Below are positions 18,402 to 27,204 of a stretch of 64,000 bases of DNA, in pieces (position 1 is the first letter of the stretch; every line of letters begins with the position of its first letter). A program made the translations under genes and the position numbers. The notes under the pieces were generated by a model. It searched no databases. It saw only the letters and a program-made list of their open reading frames with translations, and had not been told where the DNA came from. Origin of the DNA: an uncultured virus (IMG/VR IMGVR_UViG_3300021425_000021) (taxonomy: Duplodnaviria > Heunggongvirae > Uroviricota > Caudoviricetes); the IMG/VR virus record IMGVR_UViG_3300021425_000021. The stretch is one strand, 5' to 3'.

Positions 18402-18926
18402 CTATGCGGCGTTTTTCGTCAACTTATCTTCAATGCTATCAATATAATTCAACAAATGCACAACGCTATATGCATCTACGAAGATTCCTTTACCATTTAA
18501 TCTAGCTTCAACTAATTTCATAATCGCTTTGTCACTATCAAGCTTAAATTCATATTCTGGATAAAAGCTTTCGGTTCCAACATGTGCTAAATCACGTATG
18601 GTTTCTAATAAGTTAATGCGATTTGTTAATATTGCCACATGGCCTTCATTAAATATAGACATCGCCTGATTAGTTTCGTATTCATGTATTCCTACTTCAC
18701 ACAATAAATCAACTAAAACGTGCATAATACTTTTATACGTTTCAATTGACGTGGTTCCAAATTCTTTGTGAGCAGCAAGTAAACATAAGTAGGCAGCTCT
18801 ACAAGTTATACCTGCTCTATGCTCATCTTCAGTTAAACCCTTTATCTTATGTGAACGTGCCTCTTCAATTATTTCAATTAAATTAACGGCTGCAGCCATT
18901 TCATCTTCTTGGGTTCTTTTATTCAT
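18402..18926 (-). CDS. Hypothetical protein
   Basis: 174-aa ORF in the operon. Confidence 0.6.
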   Translation of the reverse strand: MNKRTQEDEMAAAVNLIEIIEEARSHKIKGLTEDEHRAGITCRAAYLCLLAAHKEFGTTSIETYKSIMHVLVDLLCEVGIHEYETNQAMSIFNEGHVAILTNRINLLETIRDLAHVGTESFYPEYEFKLDSDKAIMKLVEARLNGKGIFVDAYSVVHLLNYIDSIEDKLTKNAA

Positions 18927-18929
18927 AAA

Positions 18930-19577
18930 TCAGTTTCTCATATTTAAAATTTGTTTATCAGGTCCAAAAAATATAATTTTATTAATATATTTATCCATTA
19001 ACGCGTTCCAATTATATCTCCATTTATTCACAACGCCAGGACTATTTTCCTGAGCATGCTCAATGCTAGTACCTTCATGAACCTTTATGTTACTTAAGGA
19101 GTCACGATGGTTACCATTAAAAATAGAATCCATTCCAAAGATTGAAATATCAGCACTACCCCATGTTTCACAGACAAATTGACATGCTAAATGTCCAGAA
19201 GTAAAATATTTTTGTTCGTCATTTGGGCTTTCACCTAACACTTCAGCTGGAATAGTATGAATAGACTCAATTAAATTAATATCATTAAAATATTCTAGAC
19301 AAGTTTTTTCGCCGCCTGGCTTATCTTTACATACACTTAAACCATATTGAGCTCTATCGCCAATCACAATTTTAAAAGAATCAATATAATCATTGCGTAT
19401 ACCACCAATGCGCATAAGCCGCGCAGAAGAAGCATCACAAAAAGCAGAATACGAAATGTGTTCTAAAAGACGATCATCCGGATAATTACACCCTACGATA
19501 ATGTCAAAGTTACTACGGTTTATTTGTTCAATATACTCTTCATAACTAGGACCGTTTCCTACGATAGCTATTTCCAT
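18930..19577 (-). CDS. Glycosyltransferase-like protein (GT29/MAF-like Rossmann fold)
   Basis: IAIVGNGPS, IVGCN, TSGHLA and FGMDS motifs. Confidence 0.6.
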   Translation of the reverse strand: MEIAIVGNGPSYEEYIEQINRSNFDIIVGCNYPDDRLLEHISYSAFCDASSARLMRIGGIRNDYIDSFKIVIGDRAQYGLSVCKDKPGGEKTCLEYFNDINLIESIHTIPAEVLGESPNDEQKYFTSGHLACQFVCETWGSADISIFGMDSIFNGNHRDSLSNIKVHEGTSIEHAQENSPGVVNKWRYNWNALMDKYINKIIFFGPDKQILNMRN

Positions 19578-20236
19578 AATAGATTTTCTCTTATATATGT
19601 TTTACCTGTTGGGCCAGTCCAGTGTCGAATTATGATTTTTTGATCCGATGGACCCATCAAACGTAGCCAATTATATTCGACTGGTAGATTATATATACAA
19701 TGAGAACTATTAGTTTTTTCAATTACGTGTGCTAGCGCTTCTTGATCGCCTCTTTCTATTTCCTTAGCAGAACGACTAGCCCATTTATGAAGAATGTCTG
19801 TAGCAGAATATGATACAATTACGCCGCTATTCCACATATTAGCAGATAGCTTATATATGTTCATATAAGGAACGTCAAGAGTAAGTGATAACTTTCCCTT
19901 TTCCTTATGCTCAAAAATATTATCTATGCTAGAGCATATTTCTAAATCATTGTCTAACCAACAGACTTCAGAATATCCTAAATCGTGCGCCGCTAGAATA
20001 GCAAATGGCTTAAGATACCACTCTTTTAAATTATATGGCGCATTATTTATGGAAATTATTTTAATCTTATCGGAAAATTTATTCTCCAATAAATCTATAT
20101 TTTGTCTAGACATGCCAAAATTAGCAACTAGTATTGGTATATTAGTCTCAAGCTGACTCACCATCCAATGAAGAAAGTCAGCTTGTTTATCATCGCTTCC
20201 TAGTAAAAAGCACTTAGACATCATAGATATTATCAT
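19568..20236 (-). CDS. GT-A (GT8-like) glycosyltransferase
   Basis: KP, WLDND (DxD), WNSGV, GDQEAL, EYNW, HWTG. Confidence 0.8.
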   Translation of the reverse strand: MIISMMSKCFLLGSDDKQADFLHWMVSQLETNIPILVANFGMSRQNIDLLENKFSDKIKIISINNAPYNLKEWYLKPFAILAAHDLGYSEVCWLDNDLEICSSIDNIFEHKEKGKLSLTLDVPYMNIYKLSANMWNSGVIVSYSATDILHKWASRSAKEIERGDQEALAHVIEKTNSSHCIYNLPVEYNWLRLMGPSDQKIIIRHWTGPTGKTYIRENLLWK

Positions 20237-20417
20237 ATGGAGAAAGAGAAGAGCTTTCAGTAGCGTCTACTCCAGAAAGCTCTTGGGCGCGCTGTTCAGC
20301 GTCATCACGATTATCATAGAATTCTAAAGCAACGCCTTGTGTTTTTGAGCGTTGGATTGCGACAACAGCCCATTGATCACCGTGGCGACGATATGCAAAA
20401 TCAAAAACCTTATTCAT
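20214..20417 (-). CDS. Early hypothetical protein
   Basis: First gene after the promoter cassette, with GAGGA RBS. Confidence 0.65.
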   Translation of the reverse strand: MNKVFDFAYRRHGDQWAVVAIQRSKTQGVALEFYDNRDDAEQRAQELSGVDATESSSLSPYDNIYDV

Positions 20418-20442
20418 AATATATATCCTCTCTGATTATGAT

Positions 20443-20511
20443 AGTATCTTATCATAAAACGCCAGGAAAGTAAACCATTAAATGCAATTATTACACGTTT
20501 GTAATCTTTCT
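20443..20511 (-). repeat. Dispersed promoter/operator cassette, copy 3
   Basis: Identical to 668-736. Palindrome at 20490-20505. Confidence 0.9.
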
Positions 20512-20669
20512 CAGTTCATAATCCAATTTAAAATGATATTAGTACTGATGAAAAAGTTTGTCACTAGAACCTGCAAAAAGATAAGCGTTCTAATAAGAGC
20601 AACTCTATCTGCTTCCTTATCATCTTCATGTGTTTTTTCTCCTAAAGCAATTGCCCATAGTCGCCACAT
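20511..20669 (-). CDS. Conserved small membrane protein (52 aa), not in the ORF track
   Basis: MWRLWAIALGEKTHEDDKEADRVALIRT..., a family recalled from marine T4-like phages. Confidence 0.75.
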   Translation of the reverse strand: MWRLWAIALGEKTHEDDKEADRVALIRTLIFLQVLVTNFFISTNIILNWIMN

Positions 20670-20673
20670 GTGG

Positions 20674-20874
20674 CTATCCCTTTACAATAGAAAATGGTAG
20701 AGGTTTACCTACGTTATCGGTTAACATACCTTTATTACCTTCAAGCTCCATTGCATAATATTTTCCATATCCGGCGTGTCTTCCGTCATACAAAACTGGT
20801 TTAACCTTCTGACCTTGATACACATGATCTTTGTGTTGCTGGCGAGAGTTAGGATTATTTTTTGATCCAGCCAT
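20674..20874 (-). CDS. Hypothetical protein
   Basis: ORF coupled to the upstream gene (TAATG). Confidence 0.65.
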   Translation of the reverse strand: MAGSKNNPNSRQQHKDHVYQGQKVKPVLYDGRHAGYGKYYAMELEGNKGMLTDNVGKPLPFSIVKG

Positions 20875-21155
20875 TAGGCAAGTCCTTTCATTTCAATATA
20901 AGTAGAATAAGCGTCAAAAATATCAGTAACACCATTTGACCTAAGGGCACTTGCCATATCTTCATTTACGTATTCAGCAAAATCTGAATCGCATGACATT
21001 AAAAAATCAATAAATGGGGGTTTATGATCCATAGTACCTGATGTTGCATAGTGTGAGTAGATATCAGACATATTTATCCATGCTTGAGTTTCACGTATTG
21101 GCTGAGCATAGACTGTAGTATAAGATGGTTCCGCTGGACGTTCAACAAATTTCAT
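20874..21155 (-). CDS. Hypothetical protein
   Basis: AAGGA RBS. Confidence 0.6.
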   Translation of the reverse strand: MKFVERPAEPSYTTVYAQPIRETQAWINMSDIYSHYATSGTMDHKPPFIDFLMSCDSDFAEYVNEDMASALRSNGVTDIFDAYSTYIEMKGLA

Positions 21156-21174
21156 AGTATAATTCCTTTATAAT

Positions 21175-21684
21175 TTAATTTGGGCTCTGTTTAATTTCGC
21201 CGTTTAAGTACTTGTAAAATGATTTGTATTTAGCTTTTCTACCTTCTTCTTTTAAGACCCACGTTTCAAATAAGTGATCAACATTAGAAGGAAGATCCAT
21301 ATACTTTCTTCCAGTCCTTTTTTGAGCGCGCCATATTCTTGAGATTGTAGTGCCAATTGGCGAATGAGTAAGCCTACAACTATGGGTCAAAACAATTGGA
21401 GCTCCATAATCTCCATCCTCATCATAATATGGAGTATCTTCTTCATGCATAGTGTAGTCGGTTATAAGTACCTGTGTACTATCATTATTGACATGTAAAT
21501 GATTTTCTAAGCTCATGATAATAGAACGCTCATCATCAATGGTTGGAGATACATTATTAATAATGTACATATTTTTGCTTCGAGGACGCCAGTCTTGAGG
21601 ACCATGGCCAGGTTCTTCGCCCCACCATTCTCTCATTCCATAATTTTCTAAAGTTAACGTTTTTACAACTAAAACTGCCATCAT
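21175..21684 (-). CDS. Early hypothetical protein, ENYG..W family
   Basis: LENYG..WWGEEPGHGPQDW. Paralog of 1-120. Start reassigned. Confidence 0.65.
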   Translation of the reverse strand: MMAVLVVKTLTLENYGMREWWGEEPGHGPQDWRPRSKNMYIINNVSPTIDDERSIIMSLENHLHVNNDSTQVLITDYTMHEEDTPYYDEDGDYGAPIVLTHSCRLTHSPIGTTISRIWRAQKRTGRKYMDLPSNVDHLFETWVLKEEGRKAKYKSFYKYLNGEIKQSPN

Positions 21685-21779
21685 ATAAACTTTCTTATTA
21701 GATAGGGAACACCCCAAAAATATAACACATATAATAGAATAAATCCAGTTTGAAATATAGCAAACTGAAACTTAGTCAT
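21681..21779 (-). CDS. Small membrane peptide (32 aa), not in the ORF track
   Basis: MTKFQFAIFQTGFILLYVLYFWGVPYLIRKFI, with ATGA overlap to the next gene. Confidence 0.5.
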   Translation of the reverse strand: MTKFQFAIFQTGFILLYVLYFWGVPYLIRKFI

Positions 21780-21805
21780 TCTATATAATTCTCATACCAC
21801 ATAAA

Positions 21806-21952
21806 CTACGAAAGCCATGAGGCGACGTATGGTAACACATACTCGATAAACAGAAGTGGAGGAAGCAAAAACAATAGTAGCCAACCGACTATGGTGTAAG
21901 TAATAGTCATATACACCGTCAATGTCGCGCGAAGGGCTCTTAGAATATTCAT
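21806..21952 (-). CDS. Small early membrane protein (48 aa), not in the ORF track
   Basis: MNILRALRATLTVYMTITYTIVGWLLLFLLPPLLFIEYVLPYVASWLS, AAGGA RBS, first gene after the promoter. Confidence 0.65.
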   Translation of the reverse strand: MNILRALRATLTVYMTITYTIVGWLLLFLLPPLLFIEYVLPYVASWLS

Positions 21953-21983
21953 AATATAATCCTTATTTGTTCATTCAATATAT

Positions 21984-22018
21984 ATTATATAACAAAAGGG
22001 CTATGTTGTACATAGCCC
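21984..22018 (-). promoter_or_regulatory. Early promoter fused to a terminator-like stem-loop
   Basis: TGTACA-17-TATAAT. GGGCTATGT/ACATAGCCC inverted repeat (21998-22018) followed by TTTT. Confidence 0.75.
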
Positions 22019-22041
22019 CTTCGCACTTTTTTCATTTTTTT

Positions 22042-22272
22042 TTAAATAGGATCTCTAGTGTCCCAATAGCTTTTGCTTAGTTCTCCTCGACTAATATCGC
22101 CATCGTTTACTCTACGAACTCTAGTATAAACTTTATGGCCAGTGGCAGAGTCGGTGCGAATGCCATTTGTTTGCCTTAGCCATAAATCCCTATATGGACT
22201 ATCTACGCCTGGATCTGGCGGATTGTTATCGTATTCCCAATATGAATTGTTTGGTACAGAAACCCATGCCAT
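22042..22272 (-). CDS. Hypothetical late protein
   Basis: Late promoter TATAAATA at 22301-22308. Confidence 0.65.
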   Translation of the reverse strand: MAWVSVPNNSYWEYDNNPPDPGVDSPYRDLWLRQTNGIRTDSATGHKVYTRVRRVNDGDISRGELSKSYWDTRDPI

Positions 22273-22303
22273 ACTTGTAACCTTAACGCTTATATAAGTT
22301 TAT

Positions 22304-22681
22304 TTATATAGTTGCGGTTATGTACGGGAAATCTTCAATATTGTCAGCTGTAACTGGATTTTCAATAGTATCTAGATTAGATATTTCAAGAGCCACATTA
22401 AATTGACACGACATCATATCCCATTTATCTTCCAACTCTCTAAATTCCGGAAGAAGTACCATTCGCCCGACTACACCGCATTCAACGATATTAGCGCCAA
22501 CACACGCTCCAATTTTATCGCCAGACTCATTTATAATTGGAACATCATCCTGTTCAATTTGATCAATAATAAATGTAGCTACGCTTTCATCATATACACG
22601 GCCAGATGGCATCTCGATATCAAAGAAAAACATCGGTGCCGCGCAATCAATACTCATATATGTTCCTGTGCTATCAATCAT
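22304..22681 (-). CDS. Hypothetical protein
   Basis: GGAGG RBS. Weak resemblance to a prohead-protease fold (SGRVY) but no clear catalytic motifs. Confidence 0.55.
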   Translation of the reverse strand: MIDSTGTYMSIDCAAPMFFFDIEMPSGRVYDESVATFIIDQIEQDDVPIINESGDKIGACVGANIVECGVVGRMVLLPEFRELEDKWDMMSCQFNVALEISNLDTIENPVTADNIEDFPYITATI

Positions 22682-23261
22682 TTTGACCTCCTAATATAGC
22701 AACATCTTCAATAATAGTTTCATTTTCATCTTCATCTTCAATAGACATAATGTCTTCGACAATATGATGAATTGCATTAGTGTTATCATATTCAGTATAT
22801 GATATATTGTTGTTAGACAGCAAAGATTCAATACGCATTTGAATTACTTCGCTTTGATATTCACTGTGTACTCTGCCCGCTTGCCTAAATTTAGTGTTCT
22901 CATCACGAGAAATTAAATAGTTTAGATTGCTATCGGTTTGATCATGATACCATTTGAGCGTATCGATATAAGCCTGTGGATGATGTTCTAAGCAATAGGC
23001 TGCGCCAAGAAATGCTGGACTATCAGTAACTACCCATGCGCATTTTCCATCTAAACGGTGAATCATATAAAATTGGCGCGCCGTAACATATGCTTGGTTT
23101 GAAAGAGCTGATGCGTTCGATTCCCATACTAGTTCTTTCGCAAACTCAGGCACTAACTCAATATCCCAACCTCTGCCGCTTAGCTTTGAGTAAATACCAG
23201 CTGCAATTGTAGATTTACCTACACCCGGCGCGCCAAATAAATTGATAAATCTTGTTTTCAT
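22674..23261 (-). CDS. P-loop NTPase/kinase (NadR/AAA_28-like)
   Basis: INLFGAPGVGKST, EFAKELVW, VVTDSP, GRVH. Confidence 0.8.
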   Translation of the reverse strand: MKTRFINLFGAPGVGKSTIAAGIYSKLSGRGWDIELVPEFAKELVWESNASALSNQAYVTARQFYMIHRLDGKCAWVVTDSPAFLGAAYCLEHHPQAYIDTLKWYHDQTDSNLNYLISRDENTKFRQAGRVHSEYQSEVIQMRIESLLSNNNISYTEYDNTNAIHHIVEDIMSIEDEDENETIIEDVAILGGQND

Positions 23262-23265
23262 TTAT

Positions 23266-23526
23266 CTAGCTCGTTGGCTCTTCTGGTTCTGGATTTAGTA
23301 CAATTTTACCATCATTAGAAATAACATGTACACCATTTAGAATATTAGTGTTATATCGATCATCTAGTAAAACGTATAGATCGCGAATACGATTTTGCAA
23401 AAGATTGAGATCTTCTTGAGCTTTATTGCGAATTTGATTATTAGTTTCAACTAGCTCACCGAGTAGTTGAAGCTCAGCCGCAGAAAGTTCTCCAACAGAT
23501 TGCAGCTCTACTTGTTCTTCAGACAT
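23266..23526 (-). CDS. Hypothetical protein
   Basis: Coupled ORF. Confidence 0.6.
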   Translation of the reverse strand: MSEEQVELQSVGELSAAELQLLGELVETNNQIRNKAQEDLNLLQNRIRDLYVLLDDRYNTNILNGVHVISNDGKIVLNPEPEEPTS

Positions 23527-23945
23527 TATATTTTTCTTCCTATTTCATTAGTATTAGTTTTAGGGGTTACGTATTGATAAGCACCTTTTGAGTAAAGAGG
23601 TGCGGTGCATTGTGATTTTACATTGATAGCATCAATAGTTTCTTTCGTTTCTTTACCACGTTCAAACTCCATTTGAAAGTCTGGTTTTCCAACGCTATAC
23701 GTGACATTATCACTTGTAGGTGGAAGGTTTGGTTTGCGGTATTGATCATCATTTTTAATTGAAACTATTGATGCCTTTGTCGAGCGTATAGCCTTTTTAC
23801 TTTTACGCGTAGGCTTAGCGCTGACGGGCTTTCTTCCCAGTCTTTGCATTAGCTGATTTAGACGTTCCAGTTCTTCCTTTTGTAATTGCTTTTTCGATTT
23901 CTGGCTGAACATCATTGTCAAAATTAATACCTCCCATGGGATCAT
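23526..23945 (-). CDS. Conserved T4-like basic hypothetical protein
   Basis: C-terminal APLYSKGAYQYV motif. Early promoter at 23981-24009. Confidence 0.65.
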   Translation of the reverse strand: MIPWEVLILTMMFSQKSKKQLQKEELERLNQLMQRLGRKPVSAKPTRKSKKAIRSTKASIVSIKNDDQYRKPNLPPTSDNVTYSVGKPDFQMEFERGKETKETIDAINVKSQCTAPLYSKGAYQYVTPKTNTNEIGRKI

Positions 23946-24015
23946 TAAACGATCTAATAAATTTTTTGATCGTATTATATATTCTATACCATAACTTCTT
24001 CATTGTACATACTCC

Positions 24016-24687
24016 TTATGCATTTTTTTCATTCCAATATTCTTTGAGCATCGGAAAATGGAATTCAACAATATCTTTAGCCTGCAACGCAATATCCATA
24101 TGTTCTTTCTGAGTTCCGTTCGCAGCGCGTAAATCGATATAGTGAATCCATGACCGAAGTGATCCAGCCATATAAAGCGTTGTGCCTGTCAGACCTTCAG
24201 GTAACAATGCTCGTGCCTGTTCTTTTGCAATTCCTTGTTTCAAAGCCCATTTATAATTTTCTTTCGCAAACTTTAATGTTCTAGATTGAGCGCGTTCAAA
24301 CTCAATTTGAAGCATTTTATCATCTGTCTCAATAGAGTTTTGGCGATTCTTTTCATCTTGAAGTCTTGCTTCACGCGCAATTGTAAAGTTCTCAGACTCA
24401 GCATACCGTTGACTAAACTCTTGAAACGAGAACGAACGGTGACGTAAGATCTGACGAGAGATGTCGCGGGTAGTATCAATACCCATAGTCAAATGTACCA
24501 TTTCAAAGGGCGACCAGTGTGCGTGTTTGATCAAGTACTTGACCAGTTTGTCAGCAGTTTCCATGTTGCTTTGGTTAGCTGGGTTTGACACACGAGCTGT
24601 ATATGCCACTAGGTCTTGAGCCGTGTAGCAATCGCGGGCAACCGCACTTGGCTTTGACATTGCAATAAGATAAACTTTTTGTTCCAT
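24016..24687 (-). CDS. thyX: Flavin-dependent thymidylate synthase
   Basis: HWSPFE, RQILRHRSFSFQEFSQRY, ARALLP. Confidence 0.97.
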   Translation of the reverse strand: MEQKVYLIAMSKPSAVARDCYTAQDLVAYTARVSNPANQSNMETADKLVKYLIKHAHWSPFEMVHLTMGIDTTRDISRQILRHRSFSFQEFSQRYAESENFTIAREARLQDEKNRQNSIETDDKMLQIEFERAQSRTLKFAKENYKWALKQGIAKEQARALLPEGLTGTTLYMAGSLRSWIHYIDLRAANGTQKEHMDIALQAKDIVEFHFPMLKEYWNEKNA

Positions 24688-24699
24688 AATTATTACCTA

Positions 24700-26061
24700 C
24701 TAATTGAAATCGAATTTAAAGTCTTGGGATTCTTTTTGTACACTACCTGATGAGTCCATAATGCCAAGTTGTGCATCGCCATCTAAGTCAAATACTTGCA
24801 TTTTTGGTTTATCAACCCCGATCACAAACTTTTCTTTAAATCCCATATCCTTATATCGATTTTTCAATTGTTTCACGAGATACTGACCATTTTCTTTGAA
24901 CTGATCTGGTTGAGACAATGCCCACATAAGATCAACCGTGGCGGGCAAACCAATTGACTCGGATGTTTGTGTCATAGATGGATCAGATGAATCCATCCCA
25001 TCACGAGTAAACTGTGTTGCCGACCATACCGGAACTTCATATTCTACGGCTAAGCCACGTAGTTCTTCCGCAATAGACTTAACTAGAATATAGGTTCCAT
25101 TATTACCGCCAACTCCACGAATACGTTCAGACGTACATATATTGAGATAGTCAATAAAAATTACGTCAGGCACGAATTCTTTTTTTACTTTTAAATCTTC
25201 AAGCAATGCGCGAAAATGGCCAACATGAGCTCCGGCAGTAGGATATTGCTTAACAATTAGATTGCCATCTGTTTTGGCTTTAATCTTTTCTACTTTTTGA
25301 ATGAAGTCATCTTTGGCAATATCGCCAAGTTCGGATATTTCACGATTCATTAGGTTAGCATCAATACGTTCAGCGACCTTCTCTTCGGCCATTTCCATAG
25401 AGACATACAAAACCTTCTTATTAGCCATAATAGCATCAGCCGCCATAGCAGCCATCATTAGAGACTTACCAACGTGAATACCCGCAATGAAAATATTAAG
25501 TGTTTTCTTTTCATAACCACCATCGGTGACTTCATTGAATGAATCAAGAGAGAATGGGATCTTATCAACTTTACGATGATATCTTTCCCAACGTTCACTA
25601 GCATCAGATAAATAATCATGACCAATAGAATTATCAAACGTAACCGCTAATGCATCTTTAAAGAACTTTGGAATCATGCCACGATCATGCTTTTGATCTT
25701 CGCCATTTAAAATCTTAACAGCATCAAGAACCGCTAATTCACAGGCGGAGTCTTGACACCATCGTTCAGTTTTATCTAAAAGCCAATCAACCGATTCGAC
25801 TTGAACAGGTTCATAGACTTGATTAACAAGTGTACTGAGTTGATTATATCGGTCATCACTGATATTTGATTCTTCAATTTGAATAAGTAAACTACTTTTA
25901 TCTGGTATCTTATTGTATTTTACCACAAAGTTAGTTACTTCGGAGAACACATTTCTGTGCTCTCCTTCAAAATATTTCTTTTTAATATGAGGAATAACCT
26001 TTCGGCAAAACTCATTATCTTGAATAATATTTTGTAATATCAGTGTTTGTAAACTAGACAT
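24700..26061 (-). CDS. 41: Replicative DNA helicase gp41
   Basis: IGHDY, Walker A GIHVGKS, SMEMAEE, IDYLNIC, SATQ, QLKNRY. Confidence 0.97.
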   Translation of the reverse strand: MSSLQTLILQNIIQDNEFCRKVIPHIKKKYFEGEHRNVFSEVTNFVVKYNKIPDKSSLLIQIEESNISDDRYNQLSTLVNQVYEPVQVESVDWLLDKTERWCQDSACELAVLDAVKILNGEDQKHDRGMIPKFFKDALAVTFDNSIGHDYLSDASERWERYHRKVDKIPFSLDSFNEVTDGGYEKKTLNIFIAGIHVGKSLMMAAMAADAIMANKKVLYVSMEMAEEKVAERIDANLMNREISELGDIAKDDFIQKVEKIKAKTDGNLIVKQYPTAGAHVGHFRALLEDLKVKKEFVPDVIFIDYLNICTSERIRGVGGNNGTYILVKSIAEELRGLAVEYEVPVWSATQFTRDGMDSSDPSMTQTSESIGLPATVDLMWALSQPDQFKENGQYLVKQLKNRYKDMGFKEKFVIGVDKPKMQVFDLDGDAQLGIMDSSGSVQKESQDFKFDFN

Positions 26062-26067
26062 ATACTA

Positions 26068-26096
26068 ATTATATACCATTTTCGCTATTTTGTACA
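26068..26096 (-). promoter_or_regulatory. Leaderless early promoter of gp41
   Basis: TGTACA-17-TATAAT-6nt-ATG. Confidence 0.75.
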
Positions 26097-27142
26097 TCAC
26101 TATTTTCATGCGCATCTTCGACTAATTTAGTTCGAACAATAGCATATTTTTGTTCTACGAAATTAGCGAACCTTTGATCATTAAGAATAGGATTCCAAAA
26201 ATCATCACCAGTAGCATCTTTTTCGCGAAAATTCGACCCAATAACTTCTCCTGTATCTATGTCAATTTTACAATACCATCCAACCTTTGGCTTTTGAATA
26301 TGACCAGATTCCATCGCAGTTTGTAAAAGACCAGAGTGTCTTTGAATCCCACCTTCCCAAGAAACAGAAATAGGTATTTTAGACTTTTCTTTAGTATGCC
26401 TAGATTTTTCAACATTGATAATAAAGTGATAGCCTTTGATTTCAGTGCCAACTTTATCTTGTTGTCTACCAATAATCCAAATATTATCAGCAGAGTAGTA
26501 AATACCAGTGCCGCCTGAAACAACATCCTTTGGAAATAAACCAATTTCTTTATAGGTATGATTAATCGCAAGTAAAGGAATATTTTTCATTGCAAGATAT
26601 GGAGTTACCATTCTAAAAAGTCCTTTTAGTGCTTTAGCACGTGACATATCTGCCACAGACTTTTCATTCTTAGCGTCTTCAAGTTCTTTCTTTGATGCAA
26701 GGTTACCGACTGAATCAATAACTACAATAACATCATCTTCACGTTGAAGCTCTTCAAGCTGAGAAATAATATCAAACTTTAGTTCTTCAACATTAGTAAT
26801 AGGTGTATGTAAAACACGCGAAGTGTCAATATCAAATTGCTGAAAGTATGATTGTGGCGAGCCAAACTCTGAGTCATAAAATAGCATGATTGCGTTTGGT
26901 TTTGCCTTCATATACGCTGAAGCCATCATAAGCGCAAATGATGATTTGAAGTGCTTACTTGGACCAGCGAGTACCGTAAGACCTGGCGTTAAACCACCGT
27001 CTAAACGGCCAGATAGGGCCACATTTACCATTGGAACTGGAGTAGTGACCATATCTTTTTCGTTAAAGAACTTACTATCTGAAAGCGTATCAGTAAACTT
27101 TAGCTTTGAGTTCTTCTTTAATCTATCCATTATGGATGACAT
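26069..27142 (-). CDS. uvsX: RecA-like recombinase
   Basis: AGPSKHFKS, FYDSEFG, DSVGNLASKKE. Confidence 0.98.
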   Translation of the reverse strand: MSSIMDRLKKNSKLKFTDTLSDSKFFNEKDMVTTPVPMVNVALSGRLDGGLTPGLTVLAGPSKHFKSSFALMMASAYMKAKPNAIMLFYDSEFGSPQSYFQQFDIDTSRVLHTPITNVEELKFDIISQLEELQREDDVIVVIDSVGNLASKKELEDAKNEKSVADMSRAKALKGLFRMVTPYLAMKNIPLLAINHTYKEIGLFPKDVVSGGTGIYYSADNIWIIGRQQDKVGTEIKGYHFIINVEKSRHTKEKSKIPISVSWEGGIQRHSGLLQTAMESGHIQKPKVGWYCKIDIDTGEVIGSNFREKDATGDDFWNPILNDQRFANFVEQKYAIVRTKLVEDAHENSDVQNSENGI

Positions 27143-27175
27143 ATATTACCTCGTTCTATCTTATTAATATTATAT

Positions 27176-27204
27176 ATTATATCATACATAGTACTAATTG
27201 TACA
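27176..27204 (-). promoter_or_regulatory. Early promoter of uvsX
   Basis: TGTACA-17-TATAAT. Confidence 0.8.

Noticed and set aside
22304..22681. Second prohead protease
   Set aside because: Only an SGRVY-like motif is present. The His and Ser catalytic motifs of gp21 are not recognisable.
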